Shown here: positions 1 to 11,215 of the stretch, one piece after another
Layout: every line of letters starts with the position of its first letter
Position numbering within the stretch: the stretch's first letter is position 1
Notes under the pieces: generated by a model
The model's input: only the letters and a program-made list of their open reading frames with translations
The model's database searches: none
What the model was told of the DNA's origin: nothing
Position numbers and translations under genes: made by a program
Assembly (NCBI GenBank): GCA_902621305.1
Contig: CACNLM010000002.1
Coordinates: 69,812 to 133,811 of the forward strand
DNA: 64,000 nucleotides
Reading direction: 5' to 3'
From: an uncultured Alphaproteobacteria bacterium
Lineage (GTDB): Bacteria > Pseudomonadota > Alphaproteobacteria > HIMB59 > GCA-002718135

Positions 1-16
1 CTAAAAATAACAACAT

Positions 17-1045
17 ATGAAATTACATAATTACATTCTATTACTATTTTTAAAAAGTATTTCTTTAACTTTTTTTTTAGTAAATGGAACTTTCGCAAAT
101 GAAATTAAAAATTCAGCTACTGTATTTATGTATCATAAATTTGGAGTTTCAAAATATCCTTCAACAAGTGTTACTATTGATCAACTTAACAGTCACATTG
201 AAGAGCTAACTAAAGAAAAATATACGATAAAATCATTAGATTTTATTATTGATACAATTATTAATGATGGCGATCTTCCAGAAAATACTATTGGTATAAG
301 TGTAGATGATGCAGATAAATCTTTTTTAGAGGTTGGGTGGCCTTTATTTAAAAAAAATAATATTCCTGTTACCTTATTTGTAACAACGGGAACAATTTCA
401 AATAATAAAAAATATATTAGTTGGGATCAAATAAGAAAACTCAAAGAAGAGGGTGTGGTAATCGGTGCACACTCTCATACACATGCTCACATGCCAGATA
501 TCAGTATTGAAGAAGTAAGAAATGAAATAGAGACATCTAATAAAATTTTTTTAAAAGAACTTGGAGAAATACCAACTTTATTTGCATTTCCATATGGTGA
601 GACAACAGATGAAATAATCGAACTAGTAAAAGAATTTAAATTTAAAGTTGCTTTTGGACAACATTCAGGAATAATTAATGAAACTTCTAACATGTACTAT
701 CTACCGAGATTTTCATTAAATGAAAGATATGGTGAAATAGATAGAGTAAAGTTTGCTGCTTCGTCTAAAGGATTAGGAGTTTATGACTTCATACCTCAAA
801 ACCCAACTATTAAACAAAACCCACCATTTATAGGTTTCTCTCTTCTTGATGATAAGAAAGCCCAATCTCTAGATTGTTTTATATTTGATAGCAAAGGGCA
901 AGTTGATAGAGAAATTTATAAATTTAATGAAAGAATTGAAATAAGGCTTTCAAGAGAATTGTCACCTGGAAGATCTAGAATGAATTGTACTGTTAAAGAT
1001 AGTGAAGGAAATTGGAGATGGTTTGGTCACCAATTTTATTTTTAA
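17..1045 (+). CDS. polysaccharide deacetylase family protein (NodB-homology domain), probably exported
   Basis: 342-aa ORF with a hydrophobic N-terminal signal-like segment. 'SVDDADKSF' Asp-Asp motif and 'HSHTHAH' His cluster are typical of CE4 deacetylases. It has an extra C-terminal domain of unknown function. Confidence 0.6.
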   Translation: MKLHNYILLLFLKSISLTFFLVNGTFANEIKNSATVFMYHKFGVSKYPSTSVTIDQLNSHIEELTKEKYTIKSLDFIIDTIINDGDLPENTIGISVDDADKSFLEVGWPLFKKNNIPVTLFVTTGTISNNKKYISWDQIRKLKEEGVVIGAHSHTHAHMPDISIEEVRNEIETSNKIFLKELGEIPTLFAFPYGETTDEIIELVKEFKFKVAFGQHSGIINETSNMYYLPRFSLNERYGEIDRVKFAASSKGLGVYDFIPQNPTIKQNPPFIGFSLLDDKKAQSLDCFIFDSKGQVDREIYKFNERIEIRLSRELSPGRSRMNCTVKDSEGNWRWFGHQFYF

Positions 1046-2026
1046 TTAATAAGAAATAGTTTTTTGATCAAAGATAATAAAGTTATTTGTTTTAATAACC
1101 TGTCTTATTGTATTAATATAATTTTTGTCTTCTGCATAAGTACTTAGTTTATTAACTAGTAAGTTAACGTTTGAAAAATTATTTCGCTCTCTCATTATAT
1201 TTCGGATATCACGAAAATCTTCATAGGCATTATGAGAGTTAATATTATTGAAATATGATTCAACACTGTTACTATAAGAACTAAATGCTTTAATTAAATG
1301 TGTATCACCATTTTCTCTTTCAAGTGGAATAACACCTTTGGAATTATCATATGTATACTCACCAAAAAGTGCATTATATTCTTTTGCAAATCTAGATTTA
1401 CCCCAACCACTTTCGATTGCTGCTTGGGCTAATGCTATTGAATTTGGTATTATATCAACATTTGAAAGAATCTCATCAACCAGGTCTAATTTATGTTTGT
1501 TATTATGTTTAATGTTATATTTTTTAGCAATTTCATTAAGTTTTCTTATTTCATTATTGTTCAGAGTTCTAAAGGTTTCTAACTTACCCTTAAGTTCACT
1601 AACGAAGCTTCTAATCATCAAAATATTTTGATTTTCATTAATAATTATTGGTAAAACTTTTTTTACAAATTCTTTTTTATTTGAATCAAGGTAATCAAAA
1701 TCTTTATCTGATAATGTTACCTGCATACTAGGATTAATTTGCTCTTTAATCTTTGACGTGATTATAGGATTAATAGGCTTTATTCTTACTTTAACAATTA
1801 ATTTTTCATTCACTATTTCTGTAATAGGCGGACCTTTAAGGGTAATTTCTTTTTCGGATGGTGTAATTTCTTTTTCAGAATATAAATTGTTTATTTGATT
1901 TGCAGTTTGTATGTTATTCTTAGTTTCGATAGCGTTATTTTCAACAAACCCAACAAAGCCGTTACTTATAAATATTAATCCGAGTAGTAATAAAGGGAAG
2001 CAAAAAAAATTATACAGTCTATCCAT
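1046..2026 (-). CDS. glucosaminidase-domain protein (Bax / FlgJ-C-like muramidase)
   Basis: N-terminal membrane anchor. The C-terminal 'AQAAIESGWGKSRFAKEYNALFG' matches the mannosyl-glycoprotein endo-beta-N-acetylglucosaminidase signature. Confidence 0.6.
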   Translation of the reverse strand: MDRLYNFFCFPLLLLGLIFISNGFVGFVENNAIETKNNIQTANQINNLYSEKEITPSEKEITLKGPPITEIVNEKLIVKVRIKPINPIITSKIKEQINPSMQVTLSDKDFDYLDSNKKEFVKKVLPIIINENQNILMIRSFVSELKGKLETFRTLNNNEIRKLNEIAKKYNIKHNNKHKLDLVDEILSNVDIIPNSIALAQAAIESGWGKSRFAKEYNALFGEYTYDNSKGVIPLERENGDTHLIKAFSSYSNSVESYFNNINSHNAYEDFRDIRNIMRERNNFSNVNLLVNKLSTYAEDKNYINTIRQVIKTNNFIIFDQKTISY

Positions 2027-2582
2027 CGATAGGCCTTACTTCTTGTACTTCTGGAACATAGTGTTTTAGCATATTTTCAATACCCATTTTTAACGTAGCA
2101 GTTGAGCTTGGACATCCGGAACATGCTCCTTGCATATGTAGATATACGACACCATCCTTAAAACTATCGTAAATGATATCACCACCATCCATAGCAACAG
2201 CTGGTCTTACTCGTGTATCCAGTAATTCTTTAATTTGTTTTACAATATCAGTATCGTTTTCATCAATTTCAAGGGATTTATCTTCTGCCTTTTTACTTTT
2301 ATTTATTGTTGTATCTCCAGAATTATAATGATCCATTATTGAACCTAAGATCAAGGGTTTCATCACTTGCCAATCTAAAGATTGGTTTTTAGTAATAGTA
2401 ATAAAATCACTTCCAAAAAACACTCCTTCAACTCCATCGACATCAAATAAGCGTTTTGCAAATGGTGAGTCAGCAGCTTCACCAACATTTTGGAAAAAAG
2501 CAGTTCCATCATCCATTACAACCTTTCCTGGAAGAAATTTTAATGTTTGTGGATTGGGAGTTTGTTCAGTTTGTATAAACAT
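2019..2582 (-). CDS. NifU/Nfu-type Fe-S cluster scaffold protein
   Basis: Nfu_N-like N-terminus 'FIQTEQTPNPQTLKFLPG' and a C-terminal NifU domain with 'GACSGCPSS' (CxxC). Confidence 0.8.
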   Translation of the reverse strand: MFIQTEQTPNPQTLKFLPGKVVMDDGTAFFQNVGEAADSPFAKRLFDVDGVEGVFFGSDFITITKNQSLDWQVMKPLILGSIMDHYNSGDTTINKSKKAEDKSLEIDENDTDIVKQIKELLDTRVRPAVAMDGGDIIYDSFKDGVVYLHMQGACSGCPSSTATLKMGIENMLKHYVPEVQEVRPIDG

Positions 2583-2656
2583 ATGAACTATATATAGTTA
2601 TTAATATGTCTTTAGTATGAATTTTCTAAAAAAAAATTTAAAATTTGGGGAATTTT

Positions 2657-3664
2657 TTAGGATAAAAAACCAATAATTTCTTTAGTTTTTTGCAAAACAG
2701 GTTCTGCTACTGCTATAGCGTTCTCTTTTCCCTGATTTAAAATAGAATCGATGTAAGAAACATCACTCATAAGTTTATTCATTTCACTGGTAATTGGTTC
2801 TAATTTAGATACGGATAAATCTGCTAAATCTTTTTTAAAGATGGAGAATTCTTTACCTGCATAATCTTTAATAACACTTTCAATTGATGTATCTTGCAAA
2901 GAAGCAAATATCGAGATTAGGTTTTCTGCCTCCGGTCTCTTTTCTAAACTAGTTTTATCTTGCGGTAATGGTTCAGGGTCTGTTTTTGCCTTTTTAATTT
3001 TTTGTGTAATATTTTCTGCTGTATCAGTTAACATTATTCTCGAATAATCAGAAGGATCTGATTTACTCATTTTTTTTGAACCATCGCGGAGACTCATCAC
3101 TCTTGTGGCTTCTCCTAAAATTAATGGTTCAGGAATTGGAAAAAAATCTGTCTTAAAATCATTATTGAATTTTTGTGCAATATCTCTTGTTAATTCCAAA
3201 TGTTGTTTTTGATCATCGCCTACTGGGACGTGCGTTGCTAAATAAATTAATATATCTGCTGCCATTAATGTTGGGTAAGAAAATAAACCAACAGAAACGT
3301 TCTCACTATTTTTACCAGCTTTATCTTTAAATTGTGTCATCCGGTTTAACCATCCCATTCGGGCAACACAATTGAACAGCCATCCAAGCTGTGCATGTTG
3401 AGGAACTTGTGATTGAACAAAAATATTATTTTTTTTTGGATCAATGCCAGAGGCGATAAAAGCTGCAGTTACTTCTCGTGTTTTATTTGCTAACACTTTT
3501 GGATCTTGCCAAACGGTAATGGCATGCAAATCGACTACACAAAAAAAACATTCGTATTCTTTTTGAAGAGAAACAAAATTTTTTATCGCACCAAGATAAT
3601 TTCCTAAATGCAAATCACCAGATGGTTGCACACCAGATAGAATTCTTTTTGTTGGTTTTTCCAT
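2657..3664 (-). CDS. trpS: tryptophan--tRNA ligase
   Basis: Class I aaRS motifs '[10 protein letters not shown]' (HIGH-type) and 'KMSKS'. Length of 335 aa is typical for TrpRS. Confidence 0.93.
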   Translation of the reverse strand: MEKPTKRILSGVQPSGDLHLGNYLGAIKNFVSLQKEYECFFCVVDLHAITVWQDPKVLANKTREVTAAFIASGIDPKKNNIFVQSQVPQHAQLGWLFNCVARMGWLNRMTQFKDKAGKNSENVSVGLFSYPTLMAADILIYLATHVPVGDDQKQHLELTRDIAQKFNNDFKTDFFPIPEPLILGEATRVMSLRDGSKKMSKSDPSDYSRIMLTDTAENITQKIKKAKTDPEPLPQDKTSLEKRPEAENLISIFASLQDTSIESVIKDYAGKEFSIFKKDLADLSVSKLEPITSEMNKLMSDVSYIDSILNQGKENAIAVAEPVLQKTKEIIGFLS

Positions 3665-3665
3665 T

Positions 3666-5213
3666 TTATTTTTTTAAATATTCTCTTAACTGATTTACCG
3701 AAAGGACTTTTAACATAATTACTAATCCAAAATAAATAATTATAGCTAAAAAGATTATCAGAAGTAAAAGTGTTGAATTTAATAACTCTGAATTACCACT
3801 AATATTTGTAAAGAATAGTCCATTTAATACGTATATTCCTACAAATAATAGGGATGAACTTAGTAAAATTTTAATAGAATTCCTTACTAATAGATCATCA
3901 AATTTCATATGATTCCTAATAGCTAAAAAGAAGTACAGTAATAATGCATTTACCCATGCACTAATTGCTGTTGCAACAGCAATTCCCATTTCTCTCATTG
4001 ATCCAATTAAAAGTAGCGATAACACAACATTAGTAATCACACTGACAATAGATATGTATAGTGGTGTTTTAGTATCTTCTCTTGCAAAGATACAGGAAAC
4101 TAAAACTTTAATTATAATGTATGCAGGTAGACCTAAAGCAAAGTAACTTAGCACTTTGGCAGTATAAAAAGTATCTTCTTTTACAAATGCGCCTCGTTCA
4201 AATAAAATATGGATAATAGGTTCAGCTAAAATAAATAATCCTATGGCTGATGGTAAAGAAATTAATAAGGAAAATTCAATAGATCTATTTTGAATATTAT
4301 TTGTTGTTTCTTGATCTGATTGTTTTATAGCTTTTGATAAACTTGGTAAAAGAACAATACCAAGTGCTATTCCAAATATCGCAAGTGGCAATTGGTTAAG
4401 ACGATCCGCGTAATAAATATGACTGATTGCACCAACAGGTAAAAAAGAAGCAATGATAGTTCCAATGACAATATTTAATTGAATAACACCTGAGCCAACA
4501 ACACCTGGTAAAAATAATTTGAAAAACTTTTTTAATTTTTCATTTAAAACTGGAAGGATAATACGTGGTCGGTAAAAATTTAAAACTGCTCTGTATAAAT
4601 ATAAAAATTGTAAAACTCCTCCTATTAATACACCATACGATAATGCGTGACCTGCAGTAGTTACAAAAGGTGTTAAAAAAAATAATGACAAAATAAAACT
4701 TATATTCAAAATCGCAGGAGCAAATGCACCAGCAGCAAAACGTTCATGAACATTATTAATTGAAGCAAAGTGAGCAGCTAAGGAAATAAAAATAATATAG
4801 GGAAAAATTATTTTTCCAAAATGCACAGCAAGTTCATAGGCTTCTTTATTATCAGTAAAACCTGGTGCTAAAACTTGAATGATATAAGGCATCCCAAAGA
4901 AAAAAAGGATCGTTAATACTACCGTAGCAAAAAGTAACATTGAGGTTGTGTTTTCAACAAAATCAGAAGCCTCGCGTTCATCTTTTGGATTGAGAACAAC
5001 ACCAGAGAAAACAGGGATTAATGCAGCACTGTATGCTCCTTCTGCTAGGACACGACGAAAAAAATTAGGAATACGAAATGCTACGAAGAATGCGTCAGCA
5101 ATGACTGTCGATCCAAGATATCTTGCTATTAATATGTCACGAATAAAACCTAATACTCGACTTAAAAATGTATAGAAGCTGACAGTAAAGAATGATCTAA
5201 AAAGACTCTTCAT
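3666..5213 (-). CDS. murJ: lipid II flippase MurJ/MviN
   Basis: 515-aa polytopic membrane protein. The N-terminus '[17 protein letters not shown]' and '[13 protein letters not shown]' are hallmark MurJ motifs. Confidence 0.85.
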   Translation of the reverse strand: MKSLFRSFFTVSFYTFLSRVLGFIRDILIARYLGSTVIADAFFVAFRIPNFFRRVLAEGAYSAALIPVFSGVVLNPKDEREASDFVENTTSMLLFATVVLTILFFFGMPYIIQVLAPGFTDNKEAYELAVHFGKIIFPYIIFISLAAHFASINNVHERFAAGAFAPAILNISFILSLFFLTPFVTTAGHALSYGVLIGGVLQFLYLYRAVLNFYRPRIILPVLNEKLKKFFKLFLPGVVGSGVIQLNIVIGTIIASFLPVGAISHIYYADRLNQLPLAIFGIALGIVLLPSLSKAIKQSDQETTNNIQNRSIEFSLLISLPSAIGLFILAEPIIHILFERGAFVKEDTFYTAKVLSYFALGLPAYIIIKVLVSCIFAREDTKTPLYISIVSVITNVVLSLLLIGSMREMGIAVATAISAWVNALLLYFFLAIRNHMKFDDLLVRNSIKILLSSSLLFVGIYVLNGLFFTNISGNSELLNSTLLLLIIFLAIIIYFGLVIMLKVLSVNQLREYLKK

Positions 5214-5267
5214 ATGGTGGTTTTATAGTTTGGGAAGTGATTTGTATAAGTGAAATTTATGGCTTAA

Positions 5268-5951
5268 TTACGAGCCAAAACAATATCCTGCTGATCTCAC
5301 GGTTCTTATAAAATCTTCTTTTACGTCATTATTAATAGCCTTTCGCAGTCTTCTTATATGAACATCAACTGTTCGAGGTTCTACATAAGCATCGTTTTTC
5401 CAAACATGATTTAGTAATTGTTCACGGCTAAAGACACGACCAATATTTTCCATGAAGAAAGCTAATAAATTAAATTCTGTTGGACCAAGATGAAGAGTTT
5501 CTCCATCTCGTGATGCTGAGTGAGATACAAGGTCAATTACTATTCCTTTATAAGTTAAAACTTCATCAACGAACATTGGTCTAATTCGTCGAAGAACAGC
5601 TTTTACTCTTGCCACTAATTCGTTAACCGAAAAAGGTTTTGTTATGTAATCATCTGCTCCAGTTTCTAAGCCGCGAAGTTTATCTTGTTCTTCACCTTTT
5701 GCTGTTAACATTATTATAGGAATATTCTTATGTTCTTTATGTTTTCTAATTCTTCTACAAAGTTCAATTCCTGATAACTCTGGTAACATCCAATCAAGAA
5801 TAATTATGTCAGGTGGTTTATATAATATTTTTTCTAAAGCAGTTTCACCATCCGTTGCAGTATCTATTTTATATCCTTCTTTGTTAAAATTAAATTTTAA
5901 AAGATCTAATAATGCTTCTTCATCTTCAACGATAAGCATTTTAAGTTTCAT
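5268..5951 (-). CDS. phoB: phosphate regulon response regulator PhoB (OmpR family)
   Basis: Receiver domain ('IVEDEEAL', 'LDWMLPELSG', 'LTAKG') plus winged-helix C-terminus ('VDVHIRRLRKA', 'IRTVRSAGY'). It lies directly downstream of phoU-pstB. Confidence 0.85.
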   Translation of the reverse strand: MKLKMLIVEDEEALLDLLKFNFNKEGYKIDTATDGETALEKILYKPPDIIILDWMLPELSGIELCRRIRKHKEHKNIPIIMLTAKGEEQDKLRGLETGADDYITKPFSVNELVARVKAVLRRIRPMFVDEVLTYKGIVIDLVSHSASRDGETLHLGPTEFNLLAFFMENIGRVFSREQLLNHVWKNDAYVEPRTVDVHIRRLRKAINNDVKEDFIRTVRSAGYCFGS

Positions 5952-5992
5952 GAATCTTTACTATTAAAATTTTGTTACAATAATATTACAAT

Positions 5993-6703
5993 TTATTTCT
6001 TCTTTGGAAGAATTGCTTCCCAGGTTGGGTCTGGATTACTATCAAATAGGGGCTCACCAGAAACTGCGTAATAAATATCTTCTGCAATATTTTGAACATA
6101 GTCACCTATTCGCTCTAGGTCTTTAACCATATATAAAAGACTTGTACATGCTGTGATTCTTTTTGGTTCTTCCATCATGTAGGTTAATAGTTGTCTTAAT
6201 ATTCCAAGATATTCTTCATCAATTTGTCTATCCATTAACCAAACTTTTTTTGCGGCTTGATCTGAAAATTCTAAAAAAGCTTTTATTACTTCACTGATCA
6301 TAATATTAACTTGTGCACCCATATTAATAATATCTCTCGAAGGTTTTTCTGGCAAAACTATTTCTGCTACTGCTACTCTTTTGGCAATATTTGTTGCATG
6401 ATCTCCTATTCTTTCTAGATCTTTATTGATTTTAATTGCTGAAAAAATTGTTCGTAAGTCTGCAGCCATCGGTTGTCTTTTGCCAAGTATTTCAACTAAG
6501 CTTTGATCAAGAGTATTATATGCTTTATCAATTACATCATCGTTTTCTATAATTTTTTCGGCAAATTCTGTATCTTTATCCTTTAAACATTGAAGTGAGT
6601 CTTTTAGTTGATTTTCAACTAAACTGCCCATATCAACAATATTATTTTTAATGTCTCTAATTTCTTCATCATATGATTTTACAATATGTCCTTCTTGTTT
6701 CAT
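5993..6703 (-). CDS. phoU: phosphate signalling protein PhoU
   Basis: Two PhoU repeats each carry 'DLERIGDHATNIA' / 'DLERIGDYVQNIA'. Its start abuts the pstB stop. Confidence 0.9.
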   Translation of the reverse strand: MKQEGHIVKSYDEEIRDIKNNIVDMGSLVENQLKDSLQCLKDKDTEFAEKIIENDDVIDKAYNTLDQSLVEILGKRQPMAADLRTIFSAIKINKDLERIGDHATNIAKRVAVAEIVLPEKPSRDIINMGAQVNIMISEVIKAFLEFSDQAAKKVWLMDRQIDEEYLGILRQLLTYMMEEPKRITACTSLLYMVKDLERIGDYVQNIAEDIYYAVSGEPLFDSNPDPTWEAILPKKK

Positions 6704-7464
6704 TAACCAAATCTCCCTGTAATGTAATCCTGTGTTTTTGTATTATCAGGATTTGTAAAAATTTTGTTTGTCTCACCCGTTTCTATTAATTCTCCTAAAT
6801 GGAAGAAACATGTTTTCTGCGAAACCCTGGCTGCCTGTTGCATAGAATGAGTTACTATAATAATTGTATAGTTTAATCTTAACTCATCAATTAATTCTTC
6901 TATAATAGCAGTTGCTATTGGATCTAAAGCAGAGCAAGGTTCATCCATTAGGATTATTTCAGGATTAACAGCAATTGCTCTTGCAATACATAATCGTTGT
7001 TGTTGACCGCCTGATAAACTTGTTCCAGGTTCATTTAATCGATCTTTTACTTCATCAAATAGACCTGCCTTTTTTAATGATGAATGTACAATTTCTTCTA
7101 ATTCATTTTTTGAGTCAACTAAACCATGTATAGTTGGGCCATAAGCAACATTATCAAAAATAGATTTAGGAAAAGGATTTGGTTTTTGAAATACCATTCC
7201 AATTTTAGATCTTAGACTTACAACATCGGTTTTTTCACTAATAATTTCTTCGTTATCTACTTTTATTGATCCCGATACTTTACATATTTCAATTAAATCA
7301 TTCATTCTGTTTATACATCTTAAGAAAGTTGATTTACCACATCCTGAAGGACCGATTAATGCCGTAACTTCTTTCTCCTTGATATCCATTGAGATTCCAA
7401 AAAGAGCTTGTTTGGATCCATAATATACATCTACACCATTTGCCAATATTTTAGAGTTACTCAT
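6703..7464 (-). CDS. pstB: phosphate ABC transporter ATP-binding protein PstB
   Basis: Walker A 'GPSGCGKST', signature 'LSGGQQQR', Walker B 'ILMDEP'. PstB-typical 'RMNDL' and a C-terminal '[10 protein letters not shown]'. Confidence 0.95.
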   Translation of the reverse strand: MSNSKILANGVDVYYGSKQALFGISMDIKEKEVTALIGPSGCGKSTFLRCINRMNDLIEICKVSGSIKVDNEEIISEKTDVVSLRSKIGMVFQKPNPFPKSIFDNVAYGPTIHGLVDSKNELEEIVHSSLKKAGLFDEVKDRLNEPGTSLSGGQQQRLCIARAIAVNPEIILMDEPCSALDPIATAIIEELIDELRLNYTIIIVTHSMQQAARVSQKTCFFHLGELIETGETNKIFTNPDNTKTQDYITGRFG

Positions 7465-7467
7465 GTT

Positions 7468-8748
7468 TTACCACTTCCTTTCAAATCTATTTCTTAAGAA
7501 CACTGCAATGGCATTCATCATAAACAAAAATATTAAAATTACCATTATTGCTGCGGCTGATTTTTCTTGAAAACCTCTTTCTGCACTTTCCACCCAAAGA
7601 TATATTTGAACAGGTAGTGCTGCTGAAGGTTCTGTTAAACCAGTTGGAATATTAGGAATAAATGCAATCATGCCAATCATTATTAGTGGTGCTGTTTCTC
7701 CTAATGCTTGTGCTAATCCAATAATAGTCCCTGTTAAAGTCCCTGGTAGTGCAAGGGGTACGACATGATGAAATACCGCTTGTGTTTTTGTTGCTCCAAC
7801 TGCAAGTGCTCCTTCTTTAATTGAAGGAGGAACAGCTTTCAATGAAGCTCGACAGGCAATGATAATGGTTGGTAACGTCATTAAGGCTAATACGGACCCT
7901 CCAACTAACGGTGTACTCCTTGGAAGACCAAAAACATTAAGCAATACCCCCAACCCAAGTAGTCCAAAAACTATTGATGGGACTGCTGCTAGATTTGAAA
8001 TATTTACTTCTATTAATTCAGTTATTCTATTTTTTGGAGCAAATTCCTCAAGATAAACAGACGCTCCTATAGCAATTGGAAAAGATAAAATAAAAACAGT
8101 AAAAAGAGTAAATAATGATCCCATAAATGAACCAGCTACACCAGCAATTTCAGGATGCCTTGAATCTGCTTTAGTAAAAAAGAAATTATTAAAAACTTGT
8201 TTAACTCTATTTTCTTCAACTAATTGATCAACATAACTTAATTGAATATCATTTAATTTTCTTCTATCTTCTGGCACATCCCTTCTTGAATTACCTTTTA
8301 ATAGTTGATCCACATCACTATGGGCGGTTACCCAAATTTGTTGCTTAGTATTAATAACTTCAGGATTATCTAAGAAGTAGTCTTTAATTTCCTTATCTAC
8401 ATTTATAGAAAATAATTTTTTTACTAATTTAATATCTGATTTTGAGAGATCAGGGAAAAAATTTTCAATAGCCTGTTTTTTAACTCTAAAAAATTTTCCT
8501 TTTTCCATATCTTCATCTGAAGAGTCAGGTGTTAGTTTTAAAACCTTTTGATTATAATCAACTTCTAGGAGAACAATTGTTTTTTGAAAAGCAGTGTATC
8601 CTTTAGAAAATATTGTATACAAAAGAAAAACTAAAACTGCTAAAGATAAACACATAGCTGTAAAGCCGTAATACTTAAATCGCATATCTTCTAGGCTTCT
8701 CTTTTTTCTCAAAGAAACAATTTTTTCTTTAGCAATAGAATTATTCAT
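7468..8748 (-). CDS. pstA: phosphate ABC transporter permease PstA (long form)
   Basis: Polytopic permease with an EAA-type loop 'ACRASLKAVPPSIKEGALAVGATK'. Positioned between pstC and pstB. Confidence 0.9.
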   Translation of the reverse strand: MNNSIAKEKIVSLRKKRSLEDMRFKYYGFTAMCLSLAVLVFLLYTIFSKGYTAFQKTIVLLEVDYNQKVLKLTPDSSDEDMEKGKFFRVKKQAIENFFPDLSKSDIKLVKKLFSINVDKEIKDYFLDNPEVINTKQQIWVTAHSDVDQLLKGNSRRDVPEDRRKLNDIQLSYVDQLVEENRVKQVFNNFFFTKADSRHPEIAGVAGSFMGSLFTLFTVFILSFPIAIGASVYLEEFAPKNRITELIEVNISNLAAVPSIVFGLLGLGVLLNVFGLPRSTPLVGGSVLALMTLPTIIIACRASLKAVPPSIKEGALAVGATKTQAVFHHVVPLALPGTLTGTIIGLAQALGETAPLIMIGMIAFIPNIPTGLTEPSAALPVQIYLWVESAERGFQEKSAAAIMVILIFLFMMNAIAVFLRNRFERKW

Positions 8749-10114
8749 AACGCTCCCTGTATCTCTTTACTATTTGTAGAGCTATAATGTTAAGAAATAA
8801 TGTAATAACAAATAAAACTAATCCTAAAGCAAATGCTGATAATGTTCTTGGGTTATCAAATTCTTGATCACCTATTAAGGCCACAACAATTTGAACTGTA
8901 ACTGTTGTTACGTTTTCAAAAGGATTGCCCGTAAGATTGGGGGCTGTGCCTGCTGCAACTACAACAATCATAGTCTCCCCTATCGCTCTGGATATTGCTA
9001 ATAAAAATGCTCCTACAATTCCAGGTAAAGCTGCTGGTAAAATTACTTTTTTAATAGTTTCTGCTTTATTAGCGCCAATACCAAGAGATGCTTCCCTTAG
9101 ACTTTGTGGGACAGAGTTTATTACATCATCAGATAAAGAAGAAATAAAAGGAATAATCATAACCCCCATTACCATGCCGGCTGCAAGAGCGCTTGTTGGT
9201 GAAGCATCAATTCCAATTGATTGTCCAAATGCTTTAACGAAAGGTGCAACACTAACAAAAGCAAAGAACCCGTAAACTATTGTTGGTATCCCTGCCAAAA
9301 TTTCGAGAAGAGGTTTAACTATTTTTCTAACTCTTTGACTTGCGTATTCTGCTAAATAAATTGCTGTTAATAATCCAAGAGGTGCCGCAACACACATGGC
9401 TACTACCATTACTAAAAATGTTCCAGCAAATATTGGTACTGCACCAAAGGATCCCTCTGCAGCTGTTTGACCTTCTCTAATTGGAATAAAAGGATACCAC
9501 TCAGTACTAAATAAAAATTCGAAGATTGATACTTCTGCAAAAAAGCGAAGGCTTTCAAATATTAGTGAAAAAACTATTCCTATTGTAGTGAAAATAGCAA
9601 CAGATGAACAAAATATAAGTATATATTGAATATATTTTTCAATTGTATGTTGAGCATGAAATTCTGGTTTTAATTTTTGTGAAGCGTATAAGGCTCCAAG
9701 TAACATTATAATGATTATTGAGGTATAAAAAGATATTTGACTTATTTGTCTTAAGGAAGAATAATGAGCTGCAGCATTAATTATTTCTATAGATTTACCA
9801 TCAGCAAAAGAAGGGTTATTAGCAACATTTCTAATCTCTGCTAACAATAATCCTTCGTTGTAAACTGCGCCCTCAATATATTCAAAGTTACTAATAACTA
9901 TGTTTTGAATAATCTGTTCTTGAAAAATAGCCCATGAAAAATAAACAATTAGTGCAGGAAACAAACACCACATTAAAACGTATTGTGCGTAATAATTGGG
10001 AAGAGATTTGCTTTTCGTACCTTGTTTTTTAGAGTTTAATTTAATTCTTGATCTTCCGTATATAAAGGATGAGAAAATTCCGACTGCAATTAAAACTAAA
10101 GACCAAAAAAACAT
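8741..10114 (-). CDS. pstC: phosphate ABC transporter permease PstC (long form)
   Basis: Polytopic permease with loop 'VPQSLREASLGIGANKAETI'. Overlaps pstA by 8 nt. Confidence 0.9.
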   Translation of the reverse strand: MFFWSLVLIAVGIFSSFIYGRSRIKLNSKKQGTKSKSLPNYYAQYVLMWCLFPALIVYFSWAIFQEQIIQNIVISNFEYIEGAVYNEGLLLAEIRNVANNPSFADGKSIEIINAAAHYSSLRQISQISFYTSIIIIMLLGALYASQKLKPEFHAQHTIEKYIQYILIFCSSVAIFTTIGIVFSLIFESLRFFAEVSIFEFLFSTEWYPFIPIREGQTAAEGSFGAVPIFAGTFLVMVVAMCVAAPLGLLTAIYLAEYASQRVRKIVKPLLEILAGIPTIVYGFFAFVSVAPFVKAFGQSIGIDASPTSALAAGMVMGVMIIPFISSLSDDVINSVPQSLREASLGIGANKAETIKKVILPAALPGIVGAFLLAISRAIGETMIVVVAAGTAPNLTGNPFENVTTVTVQIVVALIGDQEFDNPRTLSAFALGLVLFVITLFLNIIALQIVKRYRERYE

Positions 10115-10129
10115 TTATAACTTAGTATT

Positions 10130-10155
10130 AAAAAAAAGGGGGCTTGTATGCCCCC
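10130..10155 (-). terminator. rho-independent terminator/attenuator between pstS and pstC
   Basis: On the minus strand, a GGGGGC-ATACAA-GCCCCC hairpin (10138-10155) is followed by an 8-nt T run (A run at 10130-10137 on plus). It lies 23 nt after the pstS stop. Confidence 0.8.
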
Positions 10156-10177
10156 ATTTTATAAAAATTTAAGATTT

Positions 10178-11185
10178 TTATTTATAATTTGTTTGATTAG
10201 AAATAGCATCAAGAACAGCTGCTCTATCCGCAGGACTTAGTTGAACAAGTCCAGCATCTAGTAAGTAACCTTCTGTTGCTTCTTCACTTACAAACTCATT
10301 AACATAATCCATTAAACCAGGAATAACACCAATGTGTGCTTTTTTAATGTAGAAGAATAAAGGTCTTGCTATTGGATATGAATAATCTTGGATACCTTCC
10401 ATAGAGATTTCAACACCGTTAATCATTGACGCTTTAACTTTATCAGAATTATTAGATACAAAACTATAACCAAAGATACCGAATGCACCTTGTTCTTTAG
10501 TTATATGCTCAACATACAGTTCATCATTTTCACCACCTTCAATAACATGGCCATCTTCACGATACGCTTGACAATCACCGTCAGCAACTAACATATCTTT
10601 AACACAACCCTTTTTCATTACAAGTGAGTCAAATGCATCTCTTGTTCCAGAAGTTGGAGGAGGTGCCATGATAGAAATTTCAACTTTTGGTAATCTTTTA
10701 TCTATTTCATACCAAGTTGTTGGAGCATTTGCATTATCTCTAGCCATTGCCTGCCAGATTTCTTCTTTAGTTAAATCAATGCCACCTTTCATTGTAGCAC
10801 CGTTAGTATATTTCCATTCATAATCTGCAGCGTATGCAAAAGCTATACCATCATTACCAACTCTAACTTCGATGATATCGGTTACACCACCATCTTGACA
10901 AAGTTTGAATTCTTTATCTTTTTGTGCTCTTGAAGAGTTAGTGATATCTGGATGTTCAACTCCAACACCTGCACAAAATAATTTGTGTCCTCCACCAGAA
11001 CCAGTTGATTCAATTACGGGTGCTTTCATTCCTTGAGATGCCATTTTTTCAGCAACTAAAGTAGCGAAAGGATAAACTGTGGAAGATCCTACAATTGAAA
11101 TATAGTCTCTTGCTGAAACTGAAGTAGTTCCAAATAAAGCAAGGACAGCAATTAATTTGATTACATTTTTCATATTAAGCCTCAT
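10178..11185 (-). CDS. pstS: phosphate ABC transporter substrate-binding protein PstS
   Basis: Signal peptide, then 'SIVGSSTVYPFAT' and 'TGSGGG', typical of the PstS/PhoT family. An alternative start at 11173 (MKNVIK) has a GAGG about 8 nt upstream. Confidence 0.85.
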   Translation of the reverse strand: MRLNMKNVIKLIAVLALFGTTSVSARDYISIVGSSTVYPFATLVAEKMASQGMKAPVIESTGSGGGHKLFCAGVGVEHPDITNSSRAQKDKEFKLCQDGGVTDIIEVRVGNDGIAFAYAADYEWKYTNGATMKGGIDLTKEEIWQAMARDNANAPTTWYEIDKRLPKVEISIMAPPPTSGTRDAFDSLVMKKGCVKDMLVADGDCQAYREDGHVIEGGENDELYVEHITKEQGAFGIFGYSFVSNNSDKVKASMINGVEISMEGIQDYSYPIARPLFFYIKKAHIGVIPGLMDYVNEFVSEEATEGYLLDAGLVQLSPADRAAVLDAISNQTNYK

Positions 11186-11215
11186 TTAAAATAAGGTTGT
11201 CCTACAGAATATATA

